Assembly (NCBI RefSeq): GCF_006345805.1
Contig: NW_021833075.1
Location: 1 to 64,000 of the forward strand
Source: Octopus sinensis
Lineage: Eukaryota
Reading direction: 5' to 3'
Length of the DNA stretch: 64,000 bases
Each line of letters begins with the position of its first letter. Position 1 is the stretch's first letter. The position numbers were made by a program, and so were the translations under genes. The notes below the pieces were generated by a model. It did not search any database, was not told where the DNA came from, and was given only the letters and a program-made list of their open reading frames with translations. Of this stretch, positions 1 through 13,145 are shown piece after piece.

Positions 1-265
1 ATATTTTATAGAATCATACAGAGAGATCCTAAGAAGACGTCAGTCATATCTTATGCTAAGTTTCAGTTTTTGTCGAATTGATGAGTTTATGAAATATATT
101 TGTTTCCTATGTCTCAGCCAAAATGATGTATACTGCTAAACCATGGAGAACATAAAAGGCCAACCAAAGGACTCTGCCTTTTCTAATCAGGAGAATCCCA
201 GAGATGACATTTATTTCCAAGATAGAGCGTTACAGAATCGTTCTGTTAATATAAAATATTGCAGT

Positions 266-485
266 AAGGCGGCGAGCTGGCAGAATCGTTAATACAACAG
301 GCAAAATACATTGCGGTATTTCGCCAGCCTTTATATTCTGAGTTCAAGTTCCGCCGAGATCAACTTTGCCTTTCACCATTTCCAGGGTCGATAAAATAAG
401 TATCATTTGAGTACTGGGGTCGTTGTAATCGACTTGCTCCGCCTCCGAAATTGCTGGTCTTGTGCCAAAATTTGAAATCAATATA
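266..485 (+). mobile_element. tRNA-derived SINE family A, monomer (degenerate)
   Basis: Head aaggcggcgagctggcagaatcgtt, B-box-like gttcaagttcc, central ctttgcctttcac...gggtcgataaaataagta and tail gtgccaaaatttgaaa. Same family as many other copies in the window. Confidence 0.85.
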
Positions 486-492
486 TCTTATC

Positions 493-890
493 AAGATGGT
501 GAACTGGCAGAAACGTTAGCACGCCGGGCGAGATGCTTAACGGTATTTCGTCTGCCGCTACATTCTGAGTTCAAATTCCGCCGAGGTCAACTTTGCCTTT
601 CATCTTTTCGGGATCGATTAAATAAGTACCTGTTGCGCACTGGGATCGATGTAATCGACTTAATCCGTTTGTCTGTCCTTGTTTGTCCCTTCTGTGTTTA
701 GCCCCTTGTGGGTAATAAAGAAATAGGTATTTCGTCTGTCTTTACGTTCTGAGTTCAAATTCCGCCGAGGTCAACTTTGCCTTTCATCCTTTTGGGGTCG
801 ATAAATTAAGTACCAGTTGCGTACCGGGGTTGATCTAATCGACTGGCCCCTCTCCCAAAATTTCGGGCCTTGTGCCTGGAGTAGAAAAGA
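493..890 (+). mobile_element. SINE family A, dimer (head plus two ~185-bp units plus tail)
   Basis: The internal unit (ttctgagttcaaattccgccgaggtc...gtcgatgtaatcgac) occurs twice, joined by the linker ttaatccgtttgtctgtcc...aaagaaatagg. Confidence 0.9.
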
Positions 891-1009
891 AATAATATCT
901 TGTCAAACCATTGTTTCATATCTGCTCTGTACTTAGCAATGCGTGGTTACGTACCCCTTCTTCTTGTCATTGATATTTTGTCTTACTATTATTTCATCCC
1001 TCCTCATGT

Positions 1010-1652
1010 TTTGAGTTCAAATTCCGCCGAGGTCCACTTTGCCTTTCATCCTTTCGAGGTCGATGAAATAAGTACTAGTTACGTACTGGGGTCGATGTAA
1101 TCGACTAGTCCTCTCCCCCAAATTTCAGGCCTTGTGCCTATAGCAGAAAGGATATTTTGTCTTACTATTGTTTTCAAATACATTGTTTTCAAATACATTG
1201 TAAGAATGATTTTGAATTTCAGCACAATTTTAGAAGAGGGTTAAGTCGAGTACCTCGACCCCAGTACTTAGCAGTTACTTATCTTATCGACCCTGAAAGG
1301 ATGAAAAAATGTCGAATTCAGCGACAGTTGAACTTAGGGAGTCGGAAGAAATGTTGCTTAGTAATTTGACTGCTACGATAATGATTCTGCCAGCTTACCG
1401 CCTTAAAATATATTGTAATAATAAACAGTTCTAAGGTGGCGGGCTAGCAGAATCATTAGCACGCTAAGCAAAATGCATAGAAGCATTTCGTCCGTCTTTA
1501 CGTTCTGAGTTCAAATTCCACTGAGGTCGACTTTACATTTCATCTCCTTTTGAGGGCGATAAAATAAGTACCAGTTGCGCACTGGAGTCGATGTAATCGA
1601 CTGATACCTCTCCCCCAAAGTTGCTGGCCCTGTGCCAAAATTTGAAACCAAT
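1010..1652. mobile_element. Cluster of three degenerate SINE family A copies (~1010-1152 +, ~1230-1405 -, ~1433-1652 +)
   Basis: Recurrent gttcaaattcc B box and gtcgatgtaatcgac hairpin motifs in both orientations. Confidence 0.75.
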
Positions 1653-2040
1653 AATAACGAGCTCTGATGGCCGAATCTCGGCAATAATTCTTGTGATGTT
1701 TAGTTATGCTCCTTTACATTCCGAGTTCAAATCCCACTCACGCTTACTTTGGTTTTCACCCTTTAGTAAACGAGGCAATCGAATATATCCACACCCTTCA
1801 ATATTCGTAGACATGTATCTCTATTTTTGTTTTCATTTTACATTAACGTTGACAATTAGAATTGCATGGTGCCAACCAGTAATCCTCTATGCAGGCATCA
1901 GACCTAGAAATAGAACTATACTACTATAATGGGATCACAACTTACTTTCACATGTAAAAATGATGGAGAGGTCATACTTGGATAGCATTTAACACTAGTT
2001 GCTATATGAACAGGATCTGTTAATATCTGTCTTCGTTTAA

Positions 2041-2392
2041 AGGCAGCGAGCTGGCAGAAACGTTAGCACGCCGGGCGAAATGCGTAGCCGTATTTCGTCT
2101 ACCGTTACGTTCTGAGTTCAAATTCCGCCGAGGTAGACTTTGCCTGGGGTTGATGTAATCGACTTAATTCGTTTGTCTGTCCTTGTTTGTCCTCTCTGTG
2201 TTTAGCCTCTTGTGGGTAGTAAAGAAATAGGTATTTCGTCTCTTTCTACGTTCTGAGTTAAAATTCCGCTGAGGTCGACTTTACCTTTCATCCTTTCGGC
2301 GTCGTTAAATTAAGTACCAGTTGCGTACTGGGTCAATCTAATCGACTGGTCCCTCTCCAAAAATTTCGGGCTTTGTGCCTAGAGTAGAAAAG
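2041..2392 (+). mobile_element. SINE family A dimer with perfect 19-bp target-site duplication
   Basis: aatatctgtcttcgtttaa occurs at 2022-2040 and 2393-2411, flanking head, two units (the first internally deleted) and tail. Confidence 0.92.
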
Positions 2393-3439
2393 AATATCTG
2401 TCTTCGTTTAACTCCAGGTCAGCCTTGATTCACTAGAACTATAATTTTTAATATATAAAATACTAAAACATAGTATTATAATATATTTCTACTAATTATA
2501 CTATTTTTATATGTTTATAATTATAAACACAGATAATGACTGGAACACAAGTTTCAACAAAAAGTATTTAGAAGCGAAAGGTCATGTTAGGGAAATGTTT
2601 AGGGAATTTGAATACCATTTTTTAACTTCAAAATTGATCCTTATATTACATAATATCACAAATTCAATCAAATTTCTTGGTGGCCTTCATGTGCCAGTCA
2701 GTTCTGCAAATGTTTTGCGGTCTGTCTGGCAGAATGCCAAATGAGTTCTTTCGAAGGATGGTAAAAGAGATTTTCCGAAGGAACCATTCCGTCTCGTGAG
2801 GGTAATTTTTACGGATGGCCGTCTCTATGCCGATCAAAATGATCAAGGAGACGGTTCGGGGATCCAGAGTTCAAGATGTTTCTACTAATAACATGTCGAA
2901 AAGAAACTTCTAAGGATCCACCAGTACTTTATTGGGTGGGTGGGGGACAGCGTGAACCTGATAAACATCCATCCGTCCGTCCATCCATCCATCCATCCAT
3001 CCATCCATCCATCCATCCATCCATTCATTCATTCATTCAGTTAGTTAGACACACAGATGGTATAATAAGCAAAGAAACAAGTACGAGACCGGGGAAAAAA
3101 ATACGAACCGAAAGAGAAAAACAAAATGGAAGAAATAAACATTATCTTTCAGCAAAAGCTTCTTTGACACTCATGTCCTTTTCCGGTGAAGAATCTACCA
3201 CCCACCTGCAAATTGTTGCTGTGGGTGGCTTCATAAGAGCGCCCACTACTATCAACACCTCTTACCCTTCTTCCTCTACCCAAAATTTGTTCTTGTGTCT
3301 TCTCCTCCAATTGTTCCTTATTATTATAGCTTCTTCATCAGCATTGTCATCACCACCATAGTCATCATCATGAGATCAACAGTATTTGTCGATCTCGCTG
3401 TTGCTTCTAGCAATTTACGATCAACTTCGAGCAAAATAA

Positions 3440-3849
3440 TCCTTTCTATTATAGGCACAAGGCCTGAAATTTGTGGGGAGTAGTAAGTCGATTATATCGA
3501 CCCCAGTATTTCACTGGTGCTTAATTTATCGACCTCGAAAGGATGAAAAACAAAGTCGAACTCGGTGGAATTTGAACTCAGAACGTAAAGACAGACGAAA
3601 TGCCGTTAAGCATTTTGTCCAGTGTGCTAACGCTTCTGCTTCTTTCTAATTTTAGTATAAGGCTGGCAATTTTGTGGGGAGGGGTTAAGTAGATTACATC
3701 GAATCCAGTGCTTAGTTTATCGACTCTGAAAGGATGATAGAGCAAAGCTGACCTCGTCAGAATTTGAACTCAGACCATAAAGACCAAGGGAAATGCCGCC
3801 AAGCATTTTGTTCGGCGTGCAAACGATTCTGCCAGCTCACTGCTTGGTG

Positions 3850-3923
<74 letters not shown>

Positions 3924-4120
3924 AAAAATCCTTTCTGCTATAGGCACAAGGCCTGAAATTTAGGGGAGGTGTAAGTCGATTACATCAGCTTCAGTGCTTG
4001 ATTGATACTTATCTTTTCGACCCCAAAATGATGAAAGGTAAAGCTGACCTCGGCCGAATTTGAACTCAGAACGTAAAGACGTGCGAAATTGCCGCTAATG
4101 ATTCTTCCAGCTCGCTGGCA
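3440..4120 (-). mobile_element. Three tandem SINE family A monomers separated by (AAT/GAT)n
   Basis: The reverse-complement tail cctttctantataggcacaaggcctgaaatt and core ggaatttgaactcagaacgtaaagac recur about three times. Confidence 0.8.
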
Positions 4121-4194
4121 TAATAATGATGAGGAGGAGGATAATGATGATGATGATGATGATGATAATAATAATAATGATAATAATAATTATG

Positions 4195-4230
<36 letters not shown>

Positions 4231-4250
4231 TAATGATAATAATAATAATA

Positions 4251-4295
<45 letters not shown>

Positions 4296-4297
4296 TA

Positions 4298-4335
<38 letters not shown>

Positions 4336-4375
4336 TAATAATAATAATAATAATTATTATAATTCTAATTATAAT
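4120..4375. repeat. (AAT)n/(GAT)n microsatellite
   Basis: Direct reading; explains the poly-I/Y/L ORF 4190-4420. Confidence 0.95.
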
Positions 4376-4955
4376 CTTCGTGATTGTTTTTAACATGCAC
4401 GTTATGACTACCAATTTCACTACGTCTTGATAATTTAACTGAAACTATCTATATGTAATTGTTGGTATGATTGTTATTTGTTCTGTTGTTGCCCTTGTTG
4501 TAGTTGCCGTTGTTGCCGCTAGCTAGCCAAGTGTCGAATCTGAACAGTCAATTAAGAAAATATTTTGCGTGCTCCATCTGCCTTAGGGTTCTGAAACCGG
4601 ACTACGCTTACCCTTAGGGGCACACAAGTAAAAATTGCGAAGATACATAAGGTTTGTAAAAACGCTGGAATTTTGAAGTAATTGACTCTACTTTTTAAAC
4701 CTGACATACAGTTGGCAAGCACCGCATTTAGTTTTCATAATAATATTCCTTTTATATTCATTTACAATTTACTTACTATGGTTTGTAGTATTTTGGTTGG
4801 ATTTTAAGAGAATGTGTAAGTTACTGTACATAAATGCATACATATATATATATATATATACATATACATAATAAACGGTAAAATTAATTAATAATTTATA
4901 ATTTTACCAAGTAGTTCGGCATGTTAAAATAACCTTTATCGGTAACCTTATACAA

Positions 4956-5137
4956 AAATTCTATAATTCTAAGCATAATTATAACTAGGGTTCAGTAAAT
5001 TGCTTCACCACATACCGAATTAGAAATAACAGTTAAAGCAGGTAGAGGAACAGTATTTAACTGCTATTTCTAAATCGGTATGAGGTGAAGCAATTTGCTG
5101 AACCCTAATCATGATTATGCTTACAATCATAGAATTT
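4956..5137. repeat. Inverted repeat with 82-bp arms and 18-bp spacer, inside a (TA)n-flanked dispersed repeat
   Basis: 4956-5037 is the approximate reverse complement of 5056-5137 (tagggttcagtaaattgcttcaccacataccgaattagaaata versus tatttctaaatcggtatgaggtgaagcaatttgctgaacccta). Confidence 0.9.
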
Positions 5138-5148
5138 AATATATATAT

Positions 5149-5190
<42 letters not shown>

Positions 5191-5227
5191 GCCTTTATAT
5201 ACAGTATATACATCTCTCTCTCTTCTC

Positions 5228-5262
<35 letters not shown>

Positions 5263-5349
5263 ATATATATATATATATATAATATATATGTATGTGTGTA
5301 TGTATGTATGTATGTATGTATGTATGTATGTATGTATGTATGTATACAT

Positions 5350-6300
5350 ATTCACAGTATAGAAAACAGCAGCACTCAATGATTCAAACTTAGGCTCCGA
5401 TGTCTTTACGCGGGACCAATTCCGCGGGGATAAAGAATGCTATAAGGAGGATCAAGTTGAGCAGATATGGAGGCAATTATCAGAATAAACAAATTAAATA
5501 TAACAGCTTGGGTTTGATATGCAAATATGTATATATGTATACATGCAAGACGAGAGAAAGCAACGACTGCAGACTTTCAGAAGACGAATATTTAATATAC
5601 AATATAGATATTTATATCAATAATCAAACTTACGCAGAGAACAAGCGATAAAGAAAATTAAAGGGGAGGAAATAAGGTGTTATAAGTCCAACAGATGTTT
5701 CTGGGGGCTCGGAGATTCATGATAATGTTGGTAGATGTATTTCATCACGATATGCTGGTCGTTATGGAAGCAATTAACATTAGATGAATCGTGTCTCCGT
5801 CATCAAGGTAGAACAGATCTTGCATTTCAGATCATGATGCAGAGAAGTTTAACGATGGGATATCCAACGCTGATTGCTTCCATTTCGGCCTGTATATTGT
5901 GATGAACTACACCTACCTACATTATCCTTCATATACAATGATTTTCAAAAACAATAGGCATACGTCCACAAATTTAAGGATATACTCTACTTAATCGATA
6001 CCAATATTCAACAGATATTTTTATGACTTAGAGTAGAAAAAATAGAAATTATGGCACTTTTCAGGTCTTTCGAACTGAATCGGGGAAGGGACTCGATCCG
6101 AATGCTTATAACAGTGGGTCCTTCACTAATGACATCGAAGAATAAGGTGGTGGTGTTAAACCAGACCTCTAAGAACGTAAACGCTTCTTTTACGAACACC
6201 CATAAAATTTTAGTTTACCAAATTTCACTCGCGGCTTTAGTCGACCCGTGGTTATGGTGGAAAACACTTGCCAAAGTGTTTTCAATGGCATAAAACCTAA
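5350..6300 (-). pseudogene. Possible highly decayed Penelope-like RT/GIY-YIG relic
   Basis: Minus-strand peptide FVKEAFTFLEVWFNTTTLFFDVIS weakly resembles the PLE RT motif (Y/F)IKDxxDFL...xFDVxSL. A QYTG segment near 5890 weakly resembles YIG. Many stops. Confidence 0.3.
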
Positions 6301-6335
6301 AGTATGACTGCATATATATATATATATATATATAT

Positions 6336-6576
<241 letters not shown>

Positions 6577-6754
6577 TATATGAAATACAGTTGAAAATCT
6601 CGGGTCGAAAGTGTTGCTGATTCCGGAGTATTCTTACTCTTGCATCTCTAAAATGGAGGACAGCTTGGGATATCCATTTACACCTCAGAGTATAGCTTAT
6701 CTATATATAATCTGAATGCAGTTTAAGATGAATATTTTATGCTTTTTCCTATAC

Positions 6755-7128
6755 ATAATACTATCAGAAAGGTTAGATATCAGTCTTCACGAACGATGTC
6801 ATGTTTTGAGTAAAAGGTTGCACTACACACAATGGACTCTCCCGTCGAAGACGAGATATGAATGTCCTGCTTTAGCCAAACGACTTGCAAAAATTACTTG
6901 CTTATAGAGATGAAATGTGTGTATTGTACATTAGCGTACTCCCTCCATCAAATCGATGTTGCCTGAACAAGTGTACAGTGCACCACGTTTAAGGTATCGA
7001 AGTCATCGTAGAGAAAAGTGAGATGAAGTGTTTTGCTCAAGAACACAACGCACTATCCGGTATAGTAATTGAAACCATGATCTCACGGTCGTCAGTGCAA
7101 CACCCTAACCACTAGGCTATGCGTTCTC
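6755..7128 (-). mobile_element. Degenerate tRNA-derived SINE with CORE-like centre
   Basis: Minus strand reads gcatagcctagtggttagggtgttgcac...gtttcaatt (A/B boxes), then tgcgttgtgttcttgagcaaaacacttc. Confidence 0.6.
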
Positions 7129-7217
7129 ACAGTACACCTACACTATTTGTATTTTATATTTTATTGTATAGATATTAGGTTTTATGTAACTTATAAAAAC
7201 ATAGTATTGAACATGAT

Positions 7218-7610
7218 TGTTGTTGTTGGTTCCTTTTCTCTCGAGAGACAATGGAGTTGCGCATAAACTAATCCAGTCTGGTTTTTACATTTCATGTCCT
7301 CTCCAGTTTTGCACAGTCCTGGGCTAGATCTAAGAATATCCTGGGTAGCCCAATCATCAGGATTCCTCTCTCGACCTTGCTGACGTAGTCCAAAGGAGTG
7401 CAGAGCATTACGTTTGGCACCAGCTTCGTTGCAGGAGCTGTCGGAAGAGTGTCGAGACGAACACTAAACCGCCTACGGGGCTCACTCCGGATTTCTTTGA
7501 AGGTTGTCCTCTTTCCGTAACCTTGGATAGGGGCCCATACCGGGTTCTGTCAGTCGGAGCCAGCTGAGTCCGCGACTCGTGTGAGGCAGGGTCGTCACTC
7601 CCTGAAGTTG
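7218..7610 (+). mobile_element. Probable RTE-clade LINE 5'-UTR-derived non-autonomous fragment
   Basis: GC-richer island containing ggcaccagcttcgttgcaggagctgtcgg...ccgcctacggggctcactccggattt, which I recall from RTE 5' UTRs (from memory, unverified). No ORF. Confidence 0.4.
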
Positions 7611-8348
7611 TGAAGAAAATCGCTACCCACTACCTACTGAGCATGATTACCAGTAAATAAAAATGAAAAATGAATAACGCCATCATTTTATTTTTAAATG
7701 TACGAGTACTGAAATTAGTCATGTTACACTCTTACATGGAGATAAAATTCAGATTTCACGTAAAAACAACGTTTTTGACTACTGTACAAAAAGCAAAACA
7801 GAAAAGAACGTGATTATCACTGCTTTCAAAATTCACGTGACATAACGGTACATAACAGCTGTACTTGGTGGAACATTCTCAGCACTTTGTGGCATGTCAT
7901 GTCAGCATCAAAAAAAAAAAAAAAAAAATTCGTATTTTGGAGGTTTTCGGATTTTGGAATTTCGAATAAAGGATTTTCAACTGAGAAATCACAGAATTCC
8001 AGATTGCAAATTCTAATTATACATGCCCTTAGAAATGATGCAAATGATAAGCACCGATATCATATTCTGTTGTTGCCTGTTTTGTAGCATTGTTCGTGTG
8101 CCTACCAAGACAAGCCCTGCATGTATTATTTGTGTATGGATACCGTGTGTGTGTGTATGTGCGTTCTTGTATGTGTGTCAGTATGTATGCGTATTGCTCA
8201 AGCGCTTTACATTTTAGATATAGATTACATATAGAAATATATTCAAACAAGTGTGTTTTGGTTAGAGTTAACTTTACACTTACATACAAAATAATACGCA
8301 CACCAGGACACAAACACATGATACGTATGCATACACACATGCATATAT

Positions 8349-8395
<47 letters not shown>

Positions 8396-9459
8396 GTATG
8401 TCTAGGTATATGGCACACGCACACATATAATATTAAGATGTCTGCAGATGCTGTATTGGAATGTGAATTGCAAAAAGGGTAAAAAACCTCTCAATTACAC
8501 CAGAGAGGACGTAATCCTGATATGACGTCATTGACTTCAGGCACATTGCTCTTTTCTTAATGAATTTAACACATTAGTTTAATATTCTGCTGGCCAAGAA
8601 TACATTTAATTAAAACCACTGAAACGTCATATAATTATTTAAACCTCTGTCGCAAAAAATTAACAGCTATATTCAGTAACATAATGCTCATTCACACATA
8701 CATACAGAGTCACACCCCCCCCCCCCACACACACACACATACACACACACGCACACACACACACACACACACTCACACACACACACACACGCATGCGCGC
8801 ACACGCGTGCGCACATGCACAGTTATATATCTATAACCATATATATGCATGTATAAGTATATATGTTGAAATATAAGCAAATATGTAAGTTTATATGTGT
8901 ATATATATATATGTTCGTGTACACTTCCCTCTCCCCTTTCTCTCTCTTCTTCTATATATAATGATATACTTATATATATGCATACATACACACGCGTACA
9001 CACACACACATAAGGAAAGAGAGAGAGAGAGAGAGAGCGCTTTCTTTGTCTCTATTCATATTGAGAAAACAAACAATACTCGAATTCGATGAAGACTTGA
9101 AGGAACATGATAAATACAGCTGATAAAGTTGAAGTAATTCACACAGCCGTTTACGCTCTTAGAATAGTTCAACTTTCCAATCATATAAATATGATTTACA
9201 CACTGCATGTATGTTTTATATAAGCGGTGATTTCCCTTTTATCAAGCTGAGAAGTTAAAGAAATTTACTATGAAGATTTAAGCTTTTGTTTATTAAATTC
9301 TTCCCATTTCACCGTTGAGTTTTTTCATTTTCTGCGTTACTAAGAAATAAAAAAATCATTATTAACAGTATTTTTCAATTATTTAAATCTTTTAATAAGG
9401 TAAAGCTGAATTAAATAAATTAAAGAAGTCATCATCATAATCGTCACCATCATCACCGC

Positions 9460-9517
<58 letters not shown>

Positions 9518-10066
9518 GTCATCGTCGTCACCACCACCACCACCACCACCACCACACCACCACCATCATCATCAGTATCATCTCGTCGTCGTCGTCCCCG
9601 CCTTCTCCTCTAATTGCTTCTTGTATTAAAACATAATGGCTGTATGATTGACGATCCAGTTGCCTGATAAATGCACCGTGAGTCTGTTCCCCTATTAAGG
9701 GCCTTATCTAATATTCCATGTGTCTTACAATGCAAGTGTTGCTAACAAGTCCTTTTTGAGATTTCAAGGCCCTGCATTCTGTCCACTGGGTGCAATTTTT
9801 AGTGGGACACTTCACCACTTACGCAATTAGACATTGATTTCAATCGATAGAACAGCTGGAATACTCGTTCGATGGAATTAAGGAATGAATTCACCATTTA
9901 CATTCTAAACCTTTTCACTGAATCACAATACTTTCTTGTAATAGGGTACCGACTCATATTACATAAGGTAAGACTAAGAATGAAATCTTTTCAGTAATTG
10001 TATTCCTGGCACAATAGAGAATAATGTTGTAAAATGTTGTATAAATTAGAATTGATACATTATACT

Positions 10067-10928
<862 letters not shown>

Positions 10929-11280
10929 AAAAGACAAAACAAAGCAAAAAAAAATATATAACCGCGGTATCAAAAGGCATTCTTTACGAACAGAGCCATT
11001 CCCATCATACTCTGGCCATCTTACGAAAAAAGAACCCAACAAACCTAATGGGACAATGTTTTCGTTTGATATCGCAAAGATTTTACACATCTATATTTAA
11101 GAGATGAGGAATTATGTACTTTATTTACGTTATTTACATTTGACGGATATTTGTCCTCATCTTGTTTGTTCGGCCGATATACCCCCCCCCAGCCTTCATA
11201 AGGTGTCTTGGGGAAATTTCGAACCTGGGTTCTCATTCCTTAGGTATTTTCCGAAGTTGTTGTTCTTGTTGTTGCTATTA

Positions 11281-11333
<53 letters not shown>

Positions 11334-11885
11334 GAGTGAGAGAGCAGTTCATGCCATCAAAGTGACACTGGGGTAAAATATACGAAGCCCAATATACCCA
11401 TCATGACTACCCGTCTGATAAAGGTACACCAGGCACATGCATCACAACCATATGTGCGCGACATGGTGATCTCATATCAAGATAAACAGCACATGACCTT
11501 GCAGGTGGGGCCCAGTTAGAATTTTCTTCAGGTTGAGTAGCCCATCCCGCTCAAACGGTCCCTGACTAAGGGTTGTTTAAGGATGTTGAAAGAACCACCC
11601 ATGTTTCCAGAGGTGAACTATTCAAACCCCAAAGAATCACTCTCAACACATGGCTATGATGCTCCCCCACTACTTCTGCTCGTGATCAGAGATGCACATA
11701 TCGTCAGCCACTAAGGGACATGCTTAACTGGTTAAGGTCAAACAACTGACAAGCAAATCTGTGGTATTGAGAAGAATTTGCTGTAGCCCATCTTTTATAC
11801 CAAGACAAAACAATGTACATGATAACACTTCCAATCAGTTAAGATCAGAAGCCATGAGAGCCTCTGCCTGGTACTGCATCAGGGC

Positions 11886-11889
<4 letters not shown>
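11334..11889 (-). mobile_element. 556-bp non-coding element flanked on both sides by (TAA)n
   Basis: Sharp boundaries against (TTA)n tracts at 11275-11333 and 11888-11919. A second, partial copy lies at 13342-13638 in the opposite orientation. Confidence 0.8.
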
Positions 11890-11919
<30 letters not shown>

Positions 11920-12057
11920 GTGTATGTAGGTCCCTACTCTGTCATGTCTGTGAATATATTCCTTCTTAGCCAGGACTGGGCAGCCAGAGATAATATGATT
12001 TATTGTTTCTTGTCCATCTCCACATATTCTGCAGTTACTTGTTCTATTTCTTTTCTA
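11920..12057 (-). pseudogene. R4/Dong retrotransposon fragment (CCHC zinc-knuckle region)
   Basis: Reverse complement of ~12495-12630 (C-RIC-G-QETINHIISGCPVLAKKEYIHRHDRVGTYIH). Confidence 0.88.
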
Positions 12058-12069
12058 TTTATTATTATT

Positions 12070-12142
12070 ATTCAGGTCACTGCCTAGAATCGAACTCGGA
12101 ATGTTGGGGTGAGTAACCCGCGCTTTTAACCACTACGTCCAT
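12070..12142 (-). mobile_element. Simple tRNA-like SINE with (AAT)n tail
   Basis: Minus strand reads atggacgtagtggttaaaagcgcggg...gagttcgattctaggcagtgacctg followed by (aat)n. Confidence 0.75.
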
Positions 12143-12213
12143 GAGCATATGGTGTAGTGGTTAAGAGCGCGGGCTACTAACCCAAATATTCCGAGTTCGA
12201 TTCCAGGCAATGA

Positions 12214-12217
<4 letters not shown>
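12143..12217 (+). mobile_element. Simple tRNA-like SINE with (AAT)n tail
   Basis: A box tggtgtagtgg, B box gttcgattcc, anticodon-like loop ctactaa, ending gacctg followed by (aat)n. No acceptor-stem pairing, so not a functional tRNA. Confidence 0.75.
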
Positions 12218-12276
<59 letters not shown>

Positions 12277-12278
<2 letters not shown>

Positions 12279-13145
12279 TGCAAGAAAAGCCCCTTCGTGG
12301 CAAATACTGGACTTAAATGGCAAGAAAAGCCCCTTCATGGCAAATACTGGACTAAACTAAATGCAAAAGAAATAGTCAAAGAAAAAATCACAGCAATGGT
12401 TGCGAAGCTCAGGATTCAAAGCAGAGACAGAGGGATTTTTAATTGCAGCACAAGACCAAAGCCTCCCCACTAGAAATTACCAAAAACATGTAATGAAAAG
12501 AAATAGAACAAGTAACTGCAGAATATGTGAAGATGGACAAGAAACAATAAATCATATTATCTCTGGCTGCCCAGTCCTGGCTAAGAAGGAATATATTCAC
12601 AGACATGACAGAGTAGGGACCTACATACACTGGAAGCTATGCTAACATTACAGACTAACAACAGAAAAAAGATGGTATAGGCACACACCAGAAAAGGTCA
12701 CAGAAAACGAGAAAGCAACCATACTCTGGGATAAGCCAATACACACAGATAGAGAAATTAAGGCCAACAGACCAGATATAGTTGTCAGAGATCATGAAGA
12801 AAAAATGCTTTCTAATTGATGTATCAGTACCAGCAGATGACAACGTGTCTCTAAAAGAAATGGAGAAACTCTCAAAATACAAAGACCTAGAAATAGAGGT
12901 AACCAGAATATGGAATCTGAAAACAGAAACAATTCCTATCATAGTAGGTGCATTAGGCATGATAAAAAAATATTCAGACAAATACATAACAAAAACACCA
13001 GGACTTACAAACACATATAACATACAGAAAACTGCACACATCCTACGCAGAACACTTTCCATACAATAACCATCAGAGCATCACAACAAATCACATCACA
13101 CCCAAGGCACACAGAGCTACGCTCGGTACAAAAATAAAACTACTG
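12277..13145 (+). pseudogene. 5'-truncated R4/Dong non-LTR retrotransposon, family 1 (zinc knuckle plus restriction-like endonuclease)
   Basis: ORF fragments LRSSGFKAETEGFLIAAQDQ, CRICEDGQETINHIISGC and RPDIVV...FLIDVSVP...EKLSKYKDL, with frameshifts and stops. Embedded in (TAA)n at both ends, the known Dong target. Confidence 0.92.

Noticed and set aside
2511-2870. Tc1 or RNase H relic (VIFTDG)
   Set aside because: A single short motif with no supporting neighbours.
11820-11889. HDV-like ribozyme at the 5' end of the 556-bp element
   Set aside because: Hairpins exist, but the L3 and J4/2 consensus and the P1/P2 pseudoknot could not be assembled by eye.
12143-12217. Functional tRNA-Ser gene
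   Set aside because: No acceptor-stem pairing and no long variable arm, and it runs straight into (AAT)n. It is a SINE head.
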